Shown: piece after piece, positions 62,145-64,000 of the stretch | Position numbering within the stretch: position 1 is the stretch's first letter | Layout: each line of letters opens with the position of its first letter | Assembly (NCBI GenBank): GCA_963790495.1 | Contig: CAWBOW010000017.1 | Location: 2,745 to 66,744 of the forward strand | Reading direction: 5' to 3' | Source of the DNA: an uncultured Alphaproteobacteria bacterium | Lineage (GTDB): Bacteria > Pseudomonadota > Alphaproteobacteria > Rhizobiales > Xanthobacteraceae | DNA: 64,000 nt | The notes under the pieces: model-generated | Databases searched by the model: none | What the model was told of the DNA's origin: nothing | Seen by the model: the letters and a program-made list of their open reading frames with translations, nothing else | Position numbers and translations under genes: made by a program

Positions 62145-63983
62145 ATGTGCGGCATTATCGGAATAATCGGCCAGGAGCCGGCGGCGCCGCAGCTGATCGA
62201 TGCGCTCAAGCGGCTGGAATATCGCGGCTATGATTCCGCAGGCGTCGCCACGCTGGAAAGCGGCAAGCTGGTGCGCCGGCGCGCCGAGGGCAAACTGAAG
62301 AATCTCGAAACCCGCCTGGCCCGGGAGCCGCTCTTCGGCACCATCGGCATCGGCCACACCCGCTGGGCGACGCACGGCCGGCCGACCGAGAACAACGCGC
62401 ATCCGCACGCCACCGACAGCTCGCGGTGGTGCATAACGGCATCATCGAGAATTTCCGCGAGCTGCGGCGCGCGTTGGAGCGCAACGGCGTCACCTTCGCC
62501 AGCGACACCGACACCGAGGTTATCGCCCATCTGGTCACCGAAGAAATGAAGCGCGGCGTCGTCGCCGGTCGACGCCGTCAAGGCGGCGCTGCCGCAAATT
62601 GCGCGGCGCCTTCGCGCTCGCATTCCTGTTCGCTGGCGAGGAGGATCTGCTGATCGGCGCGCGGCAGGGCTCGCCGCTGGCGGTCGGTTACGGCGAGGAC
62701 GCCATGTATCTCGGCTCCGACGCCATCGCGCTGGCGCCGTTCACCGACACCGTCAGCTATCTCGATGACGGCGATTGGGCGATCCTCACGCAGCAACGGC
62801 GCGGAGATTCACGACCGCGACGGCCACATCGTCGAGCGTCCCGTGCTCAAATCGCAGGCCTCGGTTCTGCTCACCGACAAGGGCAACCATCGTCACTTCA
62901 TGGCCAAGGAAATCCACGAGCAGCCGGAAGTCGTCGGCCATACGCTGGCGAATTATCTCGACATGGCCGCGGAACGCGTAACGCTGCCGTTCGCTTTGCC
63001 GTTCGATTTTGGCAAGCTCGACCGCGTCGTTATCGCCGCCTGCGGCACCGCCTATTACGCCGGCATGGTGGCGAACTATTGGTTCGAGCATTTCGCGCAA
63101 TTGCCGGTCGAGGTCGATATCGCCTCCGAATTCCGCTATCGCGATGTGCCGCTCAAACCCGGCAATCTCGCCATCTTCGTCTCGCAATCGGGCGAGACGG
63201 CGGACACGCTGGCGTCGCTGCGCTATGCCCGCGCGCACGAACAGCACGTTCTGTCGATCGTCAACGTGCCGAGCTCGAGCATCGCGCGCGAGAGCGACGT
63301 CGTCATGCCGACGCTCGCCGGACCGGAAATCGGCGTCGCCTCGACCAAGGCCTTTACCTGTCAGCTCGCGGCTCTTGCCGCGCTCGCGATCGCCGCCGGC
63401 CGCGCTCGCGGCGTGCTTGCACGCAGCCGACGAGACGGCGCTGGTGCGCGGGCTGATCGAAATGCCGCGGCATTTGACCGAGGCGCTGGCGCTTGAGCCG
63501 CAGATCGAGCAATTGGCGCGCGATCTCGCCAAGAGCCGCGACGTGCTCTATCTCGGCCGCGGCACCAGCTTTCCGATCGCGCTCGAAGGCGCGCTCAAGT
63601 TGAAGGAAATCTCCTACATTCATGCCGAAGGCTATGCCGCGGGCGAGCTCAAGCATGGGCCAATCGCGCTGATCGACGAGAACATGCCGGTCATCGTGAT
63701 CGCGCCGCATGACAAGGTGTTCGAGAAGACCGTATCCAACATGCAGGAAGTCGCCGCGCGCGGCGGCAGGCTCATTTTGATGACCGACGCCGCGGGCGCC
63801 GAGGCCGCCCGTGCGGCGGATGGCCAATCGATCGTCACGCTGACGCTGCCGACGGTGAACGCGGCGGTCGCGCCGCTCGTCTATGCCGTGCCGGTGCAGC
63901 TTATCGCCTATCACACCGCGGTCCTCATGGGCACCGACGTCGATCAGCCGCGCAATCTGGCGAAATCGGTCACGGTCGAGTAG
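62145..63983 (+). pseudogene. glmS: Glutamine--fructose-6-phosphate aminotransferase, about 5 frame disruptions as sequenced
   Basis: MCGIIGIIG start (Cys2 nucleophile), [21 protein letters not shown], two SIS domains ([54 protein letters not shown]) and C-terminal LAKSVTVE. Switches near 62415, 62555, 62595, 62790 and 63415. Confidence 0.92.
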
Positions 63984-64000
63984 CACGCGATCCGCGGCGT

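Noticed and set aside
22640-63420. Genuine massive pseudogenisation (reductive genome evolution) as the explanation for the frameshifts.
   Set aside because: Essential genes are affected and inter-shift peptide segments remain fully conserved. Shifts often compensate within tens of nucleotides, and disruptions cluster in blocks separated by long clean stretches. This pattern fits consensus errors, not decay.

Overview
High-GC alphaproteobacterial chromosome segment with Rhizobiales/Bradyrhizobiaceae-like synteny, mostly core housekeeping genes. In order: cdsA'-dxr-rseP-bamA-lpxD-fabZ-lpxA-lpxI-lpxB envelope cluster; a KAS-III (fabH-like) gene; gltA; gltX. Next comes a ~3 kb accessory patch: a hairpin-dense GC-rich spacer, then three AT-richer orphan ORFs interleaved with four copies of a REP-flanked, RAYT-derived miniature element. 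Then follow a DUF2252 gene, a cluster of small membrane/stress-type proteins, topoisomerase IB and a divergent PAS-PAS hybrid histidine kinase. After these: glnS, cyoABCD, a YghU-type GST, comEC, lexA with its SOS box, trpGDC-moaC-moeA, coaD and two cyclophilins. Then two Bug/TctC binding proteins, a GT9 glycosyltransferase, queA, tgt, and a small-gene accessory patch (CHRD protein, two paralogous Zn-ribbon mini-proteins, an ABC binding protein). The window ends with tRNA-Lys(UUU), an M20 amidohydrolase, an ndvB/ndvC-like cyclic beta-glucan locus, glmU and glmS. I found no rRNA, CRISPR array, intact transposase/integrase, prophage or recognisable defence system. The dominant anomaly is technical-looking. 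By manual frame tracing there are roughly 60-70 frame disruptions plus two in-frame TAG codons. They are packed into five blocks (HK, cyoABCD, queA-tgt-Bug, amidohydrolase-ndvB, glmU-glmS) with three isolated sites (fabZ, DUF2252, comEC). Peptide segments between disruptions stay fully conserved-looking, and multi-kb stretches in between are clean. I read this as unpolished assembly indels rather than real pseudogenes; such genes are typed 'pseudogene' only in the as-sequenced sense. The most biologically interesting items are the RAYT-remnant element array with its orphan cargo, the adjacent unexplained 690-bp hairpin-dense region, and a canonical sigma-EcfG-type promoter motif in front of the PAS kinase. 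No clearly novel multi-gene system can be supported from sequence alone.
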